Source: a virus. From it: 64,000 nucleotides of DNA. This document shows positions 39,109 through 49,253 of this stretch, one piece after another. Where the stretch lies: the IMG/VR virus record IMGVR_UViG_3300043395_003089, positions 25,168 through 89,167 of that record. One strand, written 5' to 3'. Each line of letters starts with the position of its first letter. Position 1 is the first letter of the stretch. Under the pieces are notes generated by a model, which was not told the origin of the DNA, ran no database searches, and saw only the letters and a list, made by a program, of their open reading frames with translations. A program made the position numbers and the translations under genes.

Positions 39109-39843
39109 TCACGACTCGCCTTGCTTGCGCCATGGCGCGAACGTCTCGCGCTCACGCAGCTTGAGCGGATCGTACTTCGGCGGCAGGATCGTCTTCGTCG
39201 CCACGTAGTAGCCACCGAACGCGACCACGAACCACGGCAGGTAGCCGAGGAACTTGAAGAACGAGCCGAGTAGATCGGGGATCTTCAGGACCGTTTGACC
39301 GACTTGCTTGACGACGTTTCCGACAGCCTTCGCGAAGCTGATCAGCGCCTCAGCCGCGCCCCCGAGAGCCTGTAGCGCACCGAGCAACGCTCCGGGCCGC
39401 GAGCACTCGACGAACGACGTCGCTAGCTTCGCGACGCGTGCCGACTTGAGCACGTTGACGATGAAGCGCTTGAGCCCCTGCGCCTCGATGATGTCAATGC
39501 CCTTACGCTCGGCTTCGAGTTGCGCCTCGATGAAGCGTCTGGGGTCGTAGAGCTCGTCGTTGATGTCCTCGTGAGCCTTGAACAGAATCTCGTGGTGTGA
39601 TGGTAGCTGAAGCTGCTTGGACGCTGCGCTGATCGCCTGTTGCGAGGCGACACGCAGATCTGTCACGAGCAAGTTGATCTGCTTGAGCTGCTCGACGGTG
39701 TAGAACCCCGTCGTCTTCCAATTGTCGATCACGTCATCGATGTTGGCGTCCCACGGACGCATCGAGACCGTGATGAATTCGCGGCACGTGTCTTCGAGCG
39801 AGAAACCCGAGATCGTCTTCACCAGATCATCGTAGAGGCTCAT
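39109..39843 (-). CDS. helical protein with C-terminal TM
   Basis: Start MSLYDD coupled to upstream gene; TM near end. Confidence 0.7.
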   Translation of the reverse strand: MSLYDDLVKTISGFSLEDTCREFITVSMRPWDANIDDVIDNWKTTGFYTVEQLKQINLLVTDLRVASQQAISAASKQLQLPSHHEILFKAHEDINDELYDPRRFIEAQLEAERKGIDIIEAQGLKRFIVNVLKSARVAKLATSFVECSRPGALLGALQALGGAAEALISFAKAVGNVVKQVGQTVLKIPDLLGSFFKFLGYLPWFVVAFGGYYVATKTILPPKYDPLKLRERETFAPWRKQGES

Positions 39844-40166
39844 AGACACGTCCCGTTGCGGCGCAGCTCGTTGAGCGCCGCCGAAAACTCGGGCAGCGTC
39901 GAGAGCCCAGTGGGGAACACCAGCTCGCACTTCATGCGCGCGGCTTCCTCGACGGTGATTCGCGGGCCGTCACCCGGATTCGGTTGGCCCTCGATCAAGA
40001 TCGCTTCGAGGAAACGCCGCGTCGGAATCTCGCCCGCGATCACCTTGGCGCGTAGCTCGTCGAGTCGCCGCTGGGCCTGATCCTTCAGCCACCAGCGGTA
40101 GAGCAGAAACGCCCCGACGAGCCCGCCGCCGATTCCGATTGCGTATTTCGCCTTTTTCGAGGCCAT
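39840..40166 (-). CDS. N-terminal TM protein
   Basis: GTGGTAGCGT 6 nt upstream; TM aa 8-25. Confidence 0.65.
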   Translation of the reverse strand: MASKKAKYAIGIGGGLVGAFLLYRWWLKDQAQRRLDELRAKVIAGEIPTRRFLEAILIEGQPNPGDGPRITVEEAARMKCELVFPTGLSTLPEFSAALNELRRNGTCL

Positions 40167-40190
40167 ACGCACACGCTACCACGAAGCCCG

Positions 40191-40550
40191 CTACGGCTTG
40201 GTGTCGATCGGTAGCGCCTCGGAGATCGCGAGCGAGACTTGCGCCCCGACACTGAGGCTGATCGCGTAGAGCCGCTGATCGGGTGCGAGCATGATGGTGA
40301 CCGAGCGCCCGGCTTGAAGCTGGAACGTCTCGCCGCCGGGCTCGTTGCTCTGTAGCGTCGCCGAATCGAGCGCGAGATACACCTCGGCTGCGAACGAGAC
40401 GTTGTCGATGACCACGCGTAACGGCTTTTTGCTCGCCGCGGTGAGCACCGTCGGAGCCGTTTTCTTGGTCTCGGCGGATAGCGTATCGCCAGCCGTACGA
40501 GTCAGCTGAAGCATACCGACGGAGATCGTGCTGAGGCGTGAATCCATCAT
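40191..40550 (-). CDS. small beta-rich structural protein
   Basis: Alternating hydrophobic strands. Confidence 0.6.
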   Translation of the reverse strand: MMDSRLSTISVGMLQLTRTAGDTLSAETKKTAPTVLTAASKKPLRVVIDNVSFAAEVYLALDSATLQSNEPGGETFQLQAGRSVTIMLAPDQRLYAISLSVGAQVSLAISEALPIDTKP

Positions 40551-40595
40551 GGCGGGCCTTCCTGGCAGAGCAGCGAGCTAGGGTGACGCGATGCC

Positions 40596-41093
40596 TTACC
40601 GGTTCTCGCTCGGCGGCGCGACCACACAGACGAAGCCCTGGAAGTCGATCGCGACTTTCAGTTGGTCGAGGTTCGAGATGACCGGAAACGTCAACGCGTC
40701 GAGCGTGATCTGGATCTGCTCGGCGCGGATGAGATACATCGGCTCGGCGAATTCCCACGTCCGCTCCGAGGAGCCCTTGCAGAGTAGCCCGAGCAGCGTT
40801 GGGTTCTTGGTCATGAGCTGCTCGCGGCCGAGATCGACGATCTTCGCGCGCACGAGCCCGAGGAGGAGCTCCTGGTCGGGTTGCGTGGGAAGGAGCACGC
40901 CCTCGCTGTCGAGCGCGTAGACACGAGGAATCATGCGATGGATCTCGAACGGCTTGTCCTGGCCGTTCTGGAACGTCGCGTCCGGGAATTGCTGCCCGGT
41001 TTCCGCCGACTCGATCAGAAACTCGCCCGAGATGGTGTAGGGCCAACGACTTTGGATGATCCGGTTGGCCCACGTAGCAGGAAGACGACCCAT
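40596..41093 (-). CDS. putative minor capsid (jelly-roll-like) protein
   Basis: Strong SD (AGGAGA); all-beta pattern; ends VAIDFQG. Confidence 0.55.
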   Translation of the reverse strand: MGRLPATWANRIIQSRWPYTISGEFLIESAETGQQFPDATFQNGQDKPFEIHRMIPRVYALDSEGVLLPTQPDQELLLGLVRAKIVDLGREQLMTKNPTLLGLLCKGSSERTWEFAEPMYLIRAEQIQITLDALTFPVISNLDQLKVAIDFQGFVCVVAPPSENR

Positions 41094-41209
41094 TTTGTTT
41101 CTCCTGATCGTCGTTTGAACTTGATGACGATCGCTTAGAGCCTATCGCAAATCAGGCACCTACACAAAGAGGCTGACATGCATGTACGTACGTACTACCA
41201 GGGGCTGAC

Positions 41210-41551
41210 ATGATGACGATTTCCGTCGAGAGCGTCTCGTTTTCCTGTCCGACGATCGCGCCCAAGCACTACATCGTGAAGGGGCCGTCAGGCTGGACTG
41301 AGACATTCGATCGCAAGACGCTCGACGACGAGCTCGCGCGGTTCATCAGCCCAGCCGAGCCGCGAGCGCTGGCCGATGTTTTCGTGACCCAACGGGCCGT
41401 TGCCGACAAGCCCGATCCGGTCAACTGGCACACGATCGTGGGCTTCCTGGGACGCGTCCTCGGGCACTCGCCGCGCGCTGTCCCGGCGACGGTGGGCATC
41501 GCGTTCTGGGCTCACGTCGAGCTGTTCAAGCGCGAGCAAGCGAGCAACTGA
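41210..41551 (+). CDS. hypothetical protein
   Basis: ORF inserted opposite to capsid operon. Confidence 0.55.
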   Translation: MMTISVESVSFSCPTIAPKHYIVKGPSGWTETFDRKTLDDELARFISPAEPRALADVFVTQRAVADKPDPVNWHTIVGFLGRVLGHSPRAVPATVGIAFWAHVELFKREQASN

Positions 41552-41553
41552 CG

Positions 41554-41787
41554 ATGATGACTAACCGCGAAGTCACGATCCTCTACACCAATCACCGCGG
41601 CGAGAAAGCCGATCGCCGGATCACACCGTTACACATCTGGTGGGGCTTCACGAAGCATCACCCGCAACCGCAGTGGCTCTTGCACGCGTACTGTCACGAA
41701 AAGCAGGCGCCGCGCGACTTCGCGCTACGCGACATCCACGAGTGGAGGCCCGAAACGACAACAGCCACCCCGAAGGATGGCCGTTGA
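41554..41787 (+). CDS. stand-alone WYL-like domain protein
   Basis: ILYTNHRGE..RRITP...WLLHAYCHEKQAPRDFAL.DI. Confidence 0.75.
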   Translation: MMTNREVTILYTNHRGEKADRRITPLHIWWGFTKHHPQPQWLLHAYCHEKQAPRDFALRDIHEWRPETTTATPKDGR

Positions 41788-41834
41788 CGTCTAGCTTTCC
41801 GTGAAGCCTAGAACGGCGCGCGTGCGCCGCCCGA

Positions 41835-42539
41835 TTAGACCACGTTGCGGCGGATCAGGCCGTACAGGTACGACTTGACATCCGCGAACGTCAGCGCCGT
41901 CGAGTTGTCCGACGCCGGCTGGTTGATCACCAGCGGGGCCTCGGGCGAGAACGACAGCTTGTACGCGAGGTTCTCGCGCAGCCAGATCGGCAGGACGAGC
42001 GCGTTGCGATCGCGCGGCGACGGGACGCCGTTCTGCGCGAGCTCGAACGAGCTGTTGGTCGAGAACACGTTGTAACCGTGTCCCTGCGGGTAGTCCTGCA
42101 TCACGCCATACGTGTACTTCTTGTCGTTGTACGTGAATTCGAGGTACGTCACGCGATCGACCGAGAACAGCGTCTGGAGCTGCGGCGGGTTCGAGAGCGC
42201 GCCCGAACCGTCGGCGAGCACGACCGCGCCGGCCGTGGTCGCGCGCATCACGCGGACCATCATGATGCCGATGCCGTAGATGTACATCTCCCACGACATC
42301 GGGAGACCGGTGTCACCCGAGCGGGGGACGTTGGTGTCGACGCGGGTCGCCGCGCGCGTACCACCGGGGATCGGCTGCGAGCGGCCCGAGACGAACGCCT
42401 CGACGGGCGACGTCTGGCCGTTCACGAGCTGAACGGTCGAATAGAGCTTGTCATCGATCCAGTCCTCGATCGAAACGGTCTGACCGTTCGGGAGGGTGAT
42501 CGTCGTGGTTCCTGGTGCAACGCCAACAGTGCCGGCCAT
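41835..42539 (-). CDS. putative major capsid protein (single jelly-roll-like, 234 aa)
   Basis: Strong SD AGGAGA; beta-rich, no TM; YSTV...F...DTN...GLP...IYGI...LPIWL...LYG pattern; fold assignment is inference. Confidence 0.6.
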   Translation of the reverse strand: MAGTVGVAPGTTTITLPNGQTVSIEDWIDDKLYSTVQLVNGQTSPVEAFVSGRSQPIPGGTRAATRVDTNVPRSGDTGLPMSWEMYIYGIGIMMVRVMRATTAGAVVLADGSGALSNPPQLQTLFSVDRVTYLEFTYNDKKYTYGVMQDYPQGHGYNVFSTNSSFELAQNGVPSPRDRNALVLPIWLRENLAYKLSFSPEAPLVINQPASDNSTALTFADVKSYLYGLIRRNVV

Positions 42540-42717
42540 GTCAATTCTCCTGCGAGTGTCACCGGCAAAACGGCCGGCACGTTGACGCCCGATGAGGGGT
42601 CGTCCCCTCGACGAGCACGGCACCAACACGGTGCCTTCGACGCCCTATGCCCCCGACGGGGCTTCCGTTCGGGGGCGACGTCGAGCGAGCTCGACGCTGG
42701 TGGGTGAGGCGAGTCGC

Positions 42718-43359
42718 TTAGCCGCGACCACCACCGAGCAGCGTTGCGCCGTACGCTGCGCTGAGGCCGTGCACCGCCGGGCCACCGATGCCGCGCAGGT
42801 GCGAGGCCTGCGGGCTCATCGGGCCGAGCAACGAGACGGGCGGCATGCTCGCGCCGGGCGAAGCGAGCTGGTTGCCGGCGACGCCCGGGATCGTGCCCGC
42901 GGGCGCCGTGCGCTCGGCGATCATCGGCACGCCGAGGCCGTTCAGGTCACGAGCCATCGGGATGCCGAGGCCGTTGAGCGCGTTGATCTGCGGGATGCCG
43001 AGACCGGCCGTGCCGCCCGCGGCGGGAACGACGGCCGCAGCTGGCGCCGTGATCGTGCCGAACAGGAGCCGTTCGAGCAGCGCGATACCCGAGGCGAACG
43101 CCGCACCGAGCGCTGCGCCGAGCGCCGCGTGACGCGTCGACTTCATCGCGTACATCACGCCCGCGGTTGCGAGACCGGCACCGAGGCCGATGCCCTCGGC
43201 GTACTTGACGCCCGAGCCGCTACCGCTGTGACGAGCGAGCATCGTCGAGGCGCCGGAGACGCCGCCACCAATGAGCGTGCCCCACAGCGGCGACAGGCCG
43301 GGATTCTGCCCGTAGGCGTTGAGGCCGAGCAGATCGACTTTTCCGAGGGAGCGCGACAT
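42718..43359 (-). CDS. Gly/Ala-rich membrane protein with tandem LNGLG motifs
   Basis: 2-3 hydrophobic helices; AGLGIP-LNGLGIP-LNGLGVP. Confidence 0.75.
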   Translation of the reverse strand: MSRSLGKVDLLGLNAYGQNPGLSPLWGTLIGGGVSGASTMLARHSGSGSGVKYAEGIGLGAGLATAGVMYAMKSTRHAALGAALGAAFASGIALLERLLFGTITAPAAAVVPAAGGTAGLGIPQINALNGLGIPMARDLNGLGVPMIAERTAPAGTIPGVAGNQLASPGASMPPVSLLGPMSPQASHLRGIGGPAVHGLSAAYGATLLGGGRG

Positions 43360-43395
43360 TGATGGATGACCTTTCTGGGAGTGAGGGACGAGGAA

Positions 43396-43575
43396 CTACT
43401 TGCGGCGAGGCGAGCATTCGCCCGGTTGGAAAATCCAGCCCGAGCGCGTGCGCTTGCCCTTGCCGACGAAACAGAGCTTCGCGGACTTCTTCGTCCGCGG
43501 GTTGTAGACGCACTTGCACTGACCCTCGGTAGGAGCACCGAGGCCAGGACCCGAGAGCGTCATGATCTTTGCCAT
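43396..43575 (-). CDS. 59-aa basic Cys-containing protein (not in ORF track)
   Basis: MAKIMTLSGPGLGAPTEGQCKCVYNPRTKKSAKLCFVGKGKRTRSGWIFQPGECSPRRK. Confidence 0.65.
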   Translation of the reverse strand: MAKIMTLSGPGLGAPTEGQCKCVYNPRTKKSAKLCFVGKGKRTRSGWIFQPGECSPRRK

Positions 43576-43596
43576 TGGATTTCCGCGAGAGGCTGA

Positions 43597-44052
43597 CTAG
43601 CCGGCGCGGTAGTAGGTGAAGTATCGGCGTGACGCGAGCGCGCGACCGGCCTGCGCGATCGGGCCGCGCACCTGCAACGCGTTCGAGTGCTGCGTCAGAT
43701 GGCGAAGCATCTGCATCTGCGCCTGCATCTGCGGCGCGACCTGCGAGGCTGTCACGGTCTCGGGGCCGGGCGAGCTCGACGCTGCGATGATCGCCGCCTT
43801 CTCGACGGCCTTCTCGACCTTGCGCATCGCGAAGCGAGCCTTGACGTTGGCCCACCATGTAGCGATCGGACCCGGAGCGCCCAAGCCCGCGAGCTGCGTC
43901 GCGAGCGGTCCGCCCGTGGTGAAGGCCTGCGCGACTGCCTGGACGTCGGCCTGTGGGTTGTACCCCACGAACGGCCGGATGATGCTGGAACGCATGACGC
44001 CGTCGGGGCGCATGACGTGTGCTTCGCCGCCGTGCCTGAAAATCGTCGCCAT
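43597..44052 (-). CDS. putative virion protein
   Basis: QLAGLGAP motif; TAGTTT 6 nt upstream. Confidence 0.7.
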   Translation of the reverse strand: MATIFRHGGEAHVMRPDGVMRSSIIRPFVGYNPQADVQAVAQAFTTGGPLATQLAGLGAPGPIATWWANVKARFAMRKVEKAVEKAAIIAASSSPGPETVTASQVAPQMQAQMQMLRHLTQHSNALQVRGPIAQAGRALASRRYFTYYRAG

Positions 44053-44205
44053 GCGGACAAACTACGCGAGGCGATCGCTATTCCGCAATGATCGTAGTAC
44101 GATAGGCTGACAGCGAGGAATCAAAGTCCATTCGATGATAGCTATGTGGTGGATCTCGGCGCGCTGGGGGCGGCGCGCAGGTGACCCACCAAGACCGCGA
44201 CCAAC

Positions 44206-44742
44206 GTGCTGATCGTCTCGCCTTCCACCGCAAACGCCATCACCCCACACGCGAGCGAGCGCGCGTTCGTGATGTTCGTGCAGGTCAATCCACCTGGTGG
44301 CGTTGGGCCGATCCTGATCGAAGGTACGAAAGGCGCCGCGCTCGGGCGACGACTAGGCCAGCTCGCGCGCGACAACGCTTTCGACGCACGTTTGATCGGG
44401 CTCTACGAGACGACGCAGCCCGAGCAGACGGCTTATCAGATCCGTTCGCAGCACGATGACGACCGCGTGCATGACGACTGGTTCGAGCCGACGACGGCGC
44501 TGCTCGCGTTCATTCAACAAGCCGCGCAGCAACCGTTGCAGGAGTTGCTCGCGCAGACGCATCCGGGCGCGATGGAGGCGACGCCCGTCGATATCGATGC
44601 GATCGCGAGCTTGCTCGGCGTATCCGTCAAGACGATTCGTCGCATGGTCGACAAGAACCAGATCCCATACCTACGCGCGGGTCGCGTGCTGCGCTTCGTG
44701 CCCGCCGATGTGATCGCGTCGCTGCAACACGGCCGTCGATAG
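44206..44742 (+). CDS. degenerate GIY-YIG/T5orf172-like domain fused to excisionase-type HTH
   Basis: RRLGQL...HDDWF; C-terminal IASLLGVSVKTIRRMV...IP..R.GR.LRF. Confidence 0.7.
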   Translation: MLIVSPSTANAITPHASERAFVMFVQVNPPGGVGPILIEGTKGAALGRRLGQLARDNAFDARLIGLYETTQPEQTAYQIRSQHDDDRVHDDWFEPTTALLAFIQQAAQQPLQELLAQTHPGAMEATPVDIDAIASLLGVSVKTIRRMVDKNQIPYLRAGRVLRFVPADVIASLQHGRR

Positions 44743-44776
44743 CTGGCAGACCAGCGCGCTAGGCTTGGTCTTGCCG

Positions 44777-45172
44777 ATGGAAATTCTCATGCCCAAGAAA
44801 ACGAAGTCGAAGCCCGTCGCCAAACGTGCCGGCAAGCTCAAGATCAAGACGCCTACCAGGCACGCGAAGCAACTCGGCGTGCGCGGCGTCAAGCGGCTGC
44901 TGATCGACACGATCGAAGGCATCGTGACCAACGTGCCACCCAAGGATCAACTCGAAGTCGCCGAGCACGTCTGCGACATCGGGATCGATCTGCTCGGGCT
45001 CGTGACCGGCGTCGACGCCGAGAACGCCGTCGTGGTGTTCCCCGATGACGGTGTCGCGCGACTGTTGTCGCTGATCCATGAACGCGAAGCGGCGACGCAG
45101 GTCCCGAGTGAGCAGATCATCGAGCGGCTGATCCAACAGCTCAACGATGAAGCTGCGGCGATGGCGAACTAG
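44777..45172 (+). CDS. hypothetical protein
   Basis: Follows class I motif. Confidence 0.65.
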   Translation: MEILMPKKTKSKPVAKRAGKLKIKTPTRHAKQLGVRGVKRLLIDTIEGIVTNVPPKDQLEVAEHVCDIGIDLLGLVTGVDAENAVVVFPDDGVARLLSLIHEREAATQVPSEQIIERLIQQLNDEAAAMAN

Positions 45173-45443
45173 TCATGCGTTCGATGCCAATGATCGTGGT
45201 CGGCGCGGTGCTCGCGCTGATCTTCGGCTGGATCACCGGCTCGTACTGGCTCGCGATGGCGCTCTACTACGTGTTCGCGCTCGGGCTCTTGCTCGGGCGC
45301 CGCTCGCTGCGCGCCGAGATCAAACCATGAAGCGCTTTCCTTCGATTGCGATGTTCCTCGCGTTCGCGTTGCCCTCGATGTTGATCGGCGCCGAGCGCGA
45401 GGCCAAGGCCGTAGCTGGCAGAGCAGCGAGCTAACGTCGTCGC

Positions 45444-46202
45444 ATGTCGATGACGCCTGAAGAATACAGAGTCGCCGCCCTTCGCACCGAGCACACGCCG
45501 AGGTTCATCAACCACGCGTGCCGCAACATCGAGGCGATCGATACGAACGCCGAGCAATATGATCGCGCTCGCAAGCATGATCAACGCCTGTCGCGCATGA
45601 TGCACGCCGTGCTCGGCATGATCACCGAGCTTGGCGAGCTATGCGATCCGCTCAAGAAACATCTGATCTATGGCGCGACGCTCGATACCAAGAATCTCGC
45701 CGAGGAGATCGGTGATCAGGCGTGGTACTCCAATTTGTTCATCGACGCTCTCGAAGTGAGGCTCGCGAGCATCTGGGAACGCAACATCGCCAAGCTACGC
45801 GCGCGATTCCCCGACAAGTTCACCGAGGAGAAAGCGCTCAACCGAGATCTCGACGCCGAGAAACGCGCGCTCGAAGGCAACGATCACCAGCAAGAGATTC
45901 GTGACCGCGCCGACTGGACGAACCTCGACGGCGACAAGACAAACAACACGCCGCGCGAGGAGTATCTGCCACTGCCGGCGGGTCGCGCGCTCGAAGCGAT
46001 CCGCGAGAGACTCGATCAGGACTTCGCGCCTACTAGCAAGTATCCAGATGCAATCGTCGCGGCCGTCGACAATCTCCTCAAAGGCTACGCCGATCGTGGG
46101 CGTATGCTCGACGAGCAAACCAAGGTCTCAACGGAGGCGCTCAAAGAGCTCAACGGGCTGCGTGCGAAGATCAAAAACTTCGCGCTCTCGAACGGCGCTT
46201 GA
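45444..46202 (+). CDS. MazG-like NTP pyrophosphohydrolase
   Basis: HAVLGMITELGELCD..KK...EEIGDQAWY...NIAKLRARFP. Confidence 0.88.
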   Translation: MSMTPEEYRVAALRTEHTPRFINHACRNIEAIDTNAEQYDRARKHDQRLSRMMHAVLGMITELGELCDPLKKHLIYGATLDTKNLAEEIGDQAWYSNLFIDALEVRLASIWERNIAKLRARFPDKFTEEKALNRDLDAEKRALEGNDHQQEIRDRADWTNLDGDKTNNTPREEYLPLPAGRALEAIRERLDQDFAPTSKYPDAIVAAVDNLLKGYADRGRMLDEQTKVSTEALKELNGLRAKIKNFALSNGA

Positions 46203-46203
46203 G

Positions 46204-46548
46204 CTACTTGCGTGAGAGCCAGAGCCCGGCGATCGCGGCGACACCCGCGAGCACAGCGCCACCGACGGTCAATCGTGTTGCCCAGACATCGCTGATTCCG
46301 AGCCCGCGAAACCCGAACCGGCGATTCGTACAGCACCACTCGTGGCCGCTGTCGCAGAAGCAGTCACGCACGCGAGCCGCACCGAGCCCAGCTTCAGGCG
46401 GCGGCGCGTAGTAGGGCCCGACAGGCTGCGGCGTCATTTGATCCATCCCGGGAGGAAAGGCCACGTGACGGTTGTATTTCGGATTCTGCGCCCACCCTTG
46501 GTTGTATTGCCAGGCAGGCACCATGCCGAGAGACTTGGCGAGAATCAT
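46204..46548 (-). CDS. membrane-anchored virion protein
   Basis: AGLGA and FRGLG motifs, CFCD...CC, C-terminal TM. Confidence 0.7.
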   Translation of the reverse strand: MILAKSLGMVPAWQYNQGWAQNPKYNRHVAFPPGMDQMTPQPVGPYYAPPPEAGLGAARVRDCFCDSGHEWCCTNRRFGFRGLGISDVWATRLTVGGAVLAGVAAIAGLWLSRK

Positions 46549-47192
46549 GTCAGTTCTTTCTTGAAGTTCAGTTGAGCAAACTCGCCGTGGTATTTCACGG
46601 CGGCTTCATCATACGCCCTAGCCGCCGCTTCCGCTGTAGCGAAGGAGCCTAACGAGATTCGCCGACCATCTGCCCTAATCGCCGCCCGCCAGCTATTGGG
46701 GCCGGTTTGATCCACGCCTCGAAATCCAACCCAGTGCTGACGGTTTTGCATGTTCTGCGCACGCGACGCGAACCGTAGGTTCGCTCGACGATTATCGAGC
46801 GTGTCTCGATTGCGATGATCGATCATCAAGCCATCTGGTGGTGCGCCAATGATCAAGTGGTGCAAGAACACCCAAGACTTCCGCCTGTGCTTGACGCCTG
46901 CGTAGCGCTCGCTATGCAACTGCCAAGACAATATTGAGACGTGCTCGAAGATGTCTTCATCTACGAGCGAAAACACATAGCCGCTCGTCGAGCGTATCGC
47001 CAACCAACGGGCACCTTCAGGCGCTTGCTGCGCGAGTGCTTTGAGCTGCTCAACAGCTCGACGCTCTACAAGAACCGTGTTGGTTCGTTGCTGAATGCGA
47101 CAGCGTTTCGAGCACGTCTTCGCCGGCTCGGCGCTACGCGTGCTGAATTCAGCTCCACAACAGGCGCAGCTTATCAGCACGAACAACGTCAC
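46545..47192 (-). CDS. HNH homing endonuclease with AP2 domain
   Basis: LHHLI...[17 protein letters not shown]; WRAAI...[17 protein letters not shown]. Confidence 0.9.
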   Translation of the reverse strand: MTLFVLISCACCGAEFSTRSAEPAKTCSKRCRIQQRTNTVLVERRAVEQLKALAQQAPEGARWLAIRSTSGYVFSLVDEDIFEHVSILSWQLHSERYAGVKHRRKSWVFLHHLIIGAPPDGLMIDHRNRDTLDNRRANLRFASRAQNMQNRQHWVGFRGVDQTGPNSWRAAIRADGRRISLGSFATAEAAARAYDEAAVKYHGEFAQLNFKKELT

Positions 47193-47204
47193 GCTTTGAC
47201 AGTA

Positions 47205-47894
47205 TCATGCTGGCAAATCGACGGCCTTGAAGTCGACGCCCTTCACGTAGACGCCCTCTTTATCGAACGACCTGTTCCCGGGCAACGTAGTGTCCAGCGG
47301 CACAAATCTGCCGTTGATCATCCCGCCACAGAACACGTGACTCCAATCAGGATCCTTGCGCTGACGGACAACGCGTAGACGCGGCTCGATGCCGTTGAGC
47401 GCGAGCAGCGTCGCACCAAGGATTGCATGATCATCGCAGTCACCGCCGGAAAACTCCCAGGTGCGTTTGGCGCTCTGGTAGAGATCGATGCCCTCGACCT
47501 TGCCGTCGGGATGGCGGATCGGGCCGATGTCGCCCGTGTAGCGCACGCGATTCTTGATCGCGTGATAGATCGCCTCGGCTTCGCAGCGCTGATCGCGCTC
47601 GGGGCACTTGTTCGTGATCTGGAGCGCGAGCTTTCTCATCTCTGCGTTCTGGACTGACTTATGGACAAGGTCTTGGATCGTCGCGATGCGCTGCTCGATC
47701 GGCATCTGGTTCGACGCGCGCAGGATCGTCTTCATGCGGCCATCGGAGTAGGTGCCGACGACCGGCGCTTGCTTGAAGCGACCGAGGCCCATGAGCACGC
47801 GGTTCTGTCGCGTCGCCCAGATCCCGAGCGCCAAGATGCCTAGACCGGCGAGCCCAGAGGCGATGATAACTTTCTTGCGCTGCGTGAGCTTCAC
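47205..47894 (-). CDS. membrane-anchored transglutaminase-like cysteine protease
   Basis: N-terminal TM; GDCDD (Cys), WSHVF (His), PLDTT (Asp) triad. Confidence 0.85.
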   Translation of the reverse strand: MKLTQRKKVIIASGLAGLGILALGIWATRQNRVLMGLGRFKQAPVVGTYSDGRMKTILRASNQMPIEQRIATIQDLVHKSVQNAEMRKLALQITNKCPERDQRCEAEAIYHAIKNRVRYTGDIGPIRHPDGKVEGIDLYQSAKRTWEFSGGDCDDHAILGATLLALNGIEPRLRVVRQRKDPDWSHVFCGGMINGRFVPLDTTLPGNRSFDKEGVYVKGVDFKAVDLPA

Positions 47895-47928
47895 GCTCCA
47901 ACGCTACCACAGATGATTTGTTTCTAGC

Positions 47929-47938
47929 GTGATAGGCT
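47929..47938 (+). promoter_or_regulatory. class II motif exemplar GTGATAGGCT (extended -10, TGnTAnnnT)
   Basis: Same motif 6-10 nt before starts at 3951, 9488, 11774, 25437, 26705, 36476, 37410, 40166, 47894, 49254, 51444, 51971, 52188. Confidence 0.8.
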
Positions 47939-47945
47939 GACTGCC

Positions 47946-49226
47946 ATGCTGCTCGCGCGCGATGGCTTCGGAGGGCTCGGTGCTTTCGGGGCCAACTACG
48001 TCCCCAAGCCGTCGCATACACCGTATACGCCGCAACCAAGCGCGGGGGTGCCGTACACACCGCAGCCGTCGACTACCACGAAGCGGTACACGTACGCGGA
48101 GCTGCAAACGAAATACGCCGAGTTTTTGCAGGCGCAAACCGAGCAGCAACGCATCGAAGAATTCGGGCTCGCGTCGATGATCCCGACTTGCCCACCAACG
48201 GCGATGTCGAGCGCGACGGCTTGCTACAACGGCGCCGCGCCGAACCTCCTGACGCCCGGTACGTTCATCGCCTATGGTGTGCCGTTCAACGTCAGCGAAT
48301 TCAAGCCTGGCGACGGACGGAGCTTCAGCAAGACGGTCGTTGCGAATCCGATCCAGCGTGAAGTGATCGAGCGCGCGATTCGTACGCGCTCGGCGCAGGT
48401 CGTCAGCAAGTACATGAGCCAGCTGGCGATCTCCGGCTACCCGGATCCGGCGAATTTGTCGATCACGCAGCTCGCGAAGCTGGCCCCGGATTTCGCGACC
48501 AACATCCGCGGGCTCAAATACAACCCGATCCTCCCGAACGACGACGAGCTCAACAACACAGGCGGCTATCGCAAGTGGATCGCGCGCGGTGGGTTTCCTC
48601 TTAGCTCGGGCGTCGCGTACGGCACGATCTCGCTCGACGAGGCGTACTCGCCGGTCGTCTGCCAATCGATCTTGTGCCGTTGCCCGGTCGCGTCGACGCG
48701 GCCGATCGCATGTGTGCGCGCGTATATCACCAAGGACGGCGCGATCTCGCAACACCCGAGCTCCGATTTGGCGTCGTTCTGGGTGTTCCTCAAGATCGAG
48801 AACGACAACCAGATCACCGTCTCGCTCGATTACGTCGAGAAAACGAAGTTGCAGAAGTTCGGCAACGCGATGGCGAGTCTGCTCAACGCAATCGCCAAGA
48901 CGCTCTGTGTCGCAGCGCCCGCAGCGAAAGACCAAATGAACAAGTTGGCGTTGCCCAAATGCGTCGACAAGGCTAACAAGCCTTGCAAGCAAGGCGCTAC
49001 GGGATGCACGTGCGTGACGCCACCAGACAGCACGGCGATGGCCGTCGGTACGACCAACCTCGTGATGCAGAAGTGGTGCGAGGGTTGGGCTGCTGCGAAC
49101 GCTGCGCCGATCGATTACCCGATCGATAACATCATGCCACCCGTTCAGCCCAAGCCGTTTCCATGGGCTTGGCTCGTCGGTGGGCTCGCGGTATTCGGTG
49201 GCCTCGTGTACGCTTCGCGTAGATAG
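47946..49226 (+). CDS. Cys-rich virion protein with C-terminal TM
   Basis: GTGATAGGCT upstream; FGGLGAFG at N-terminus; TM + RR end. Confidence 0.75.
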   Translation: MLLARDGFGGLGAFGANYVPKPSHTPYTPQPSAGVPYTPQPSTTTKRYTYAELQTKYAEFLQAQTEQQRIEEFGLASMIPTCPPTAMSSATACYNGAAPNLLTPGTFIAYGVPFNVSEFKPGDGRSFSKTVVANPIQREVIERAIRTRSAQVVSKYMSQLAISGYPDPANLSITQLAKLAPDFATNIRGLKYNPILPNDDELNNTGGYRKWIARGGFPLSSGVAYGTISLDEAYSPVVCQSILCRCPVASTRPIACVRAYITKDGAISQHPSSDLASFWVFLKIENDNQITVSLDYVEKTKLQKFGNAMASLLNAIAKTLCVAAPAAKDQMNKLALPKCVDKANKPCKQGATGCTCVTPPDSTAMAVGTTNLVMQKWCEGWAAANAAPIDYPIDNIMPPVQPKPFPWAWLVGGLAVFGGLVYASRR

Positions 49227-49253
49227 CGATCTTCTGTGATAGGCTGACTGGCG

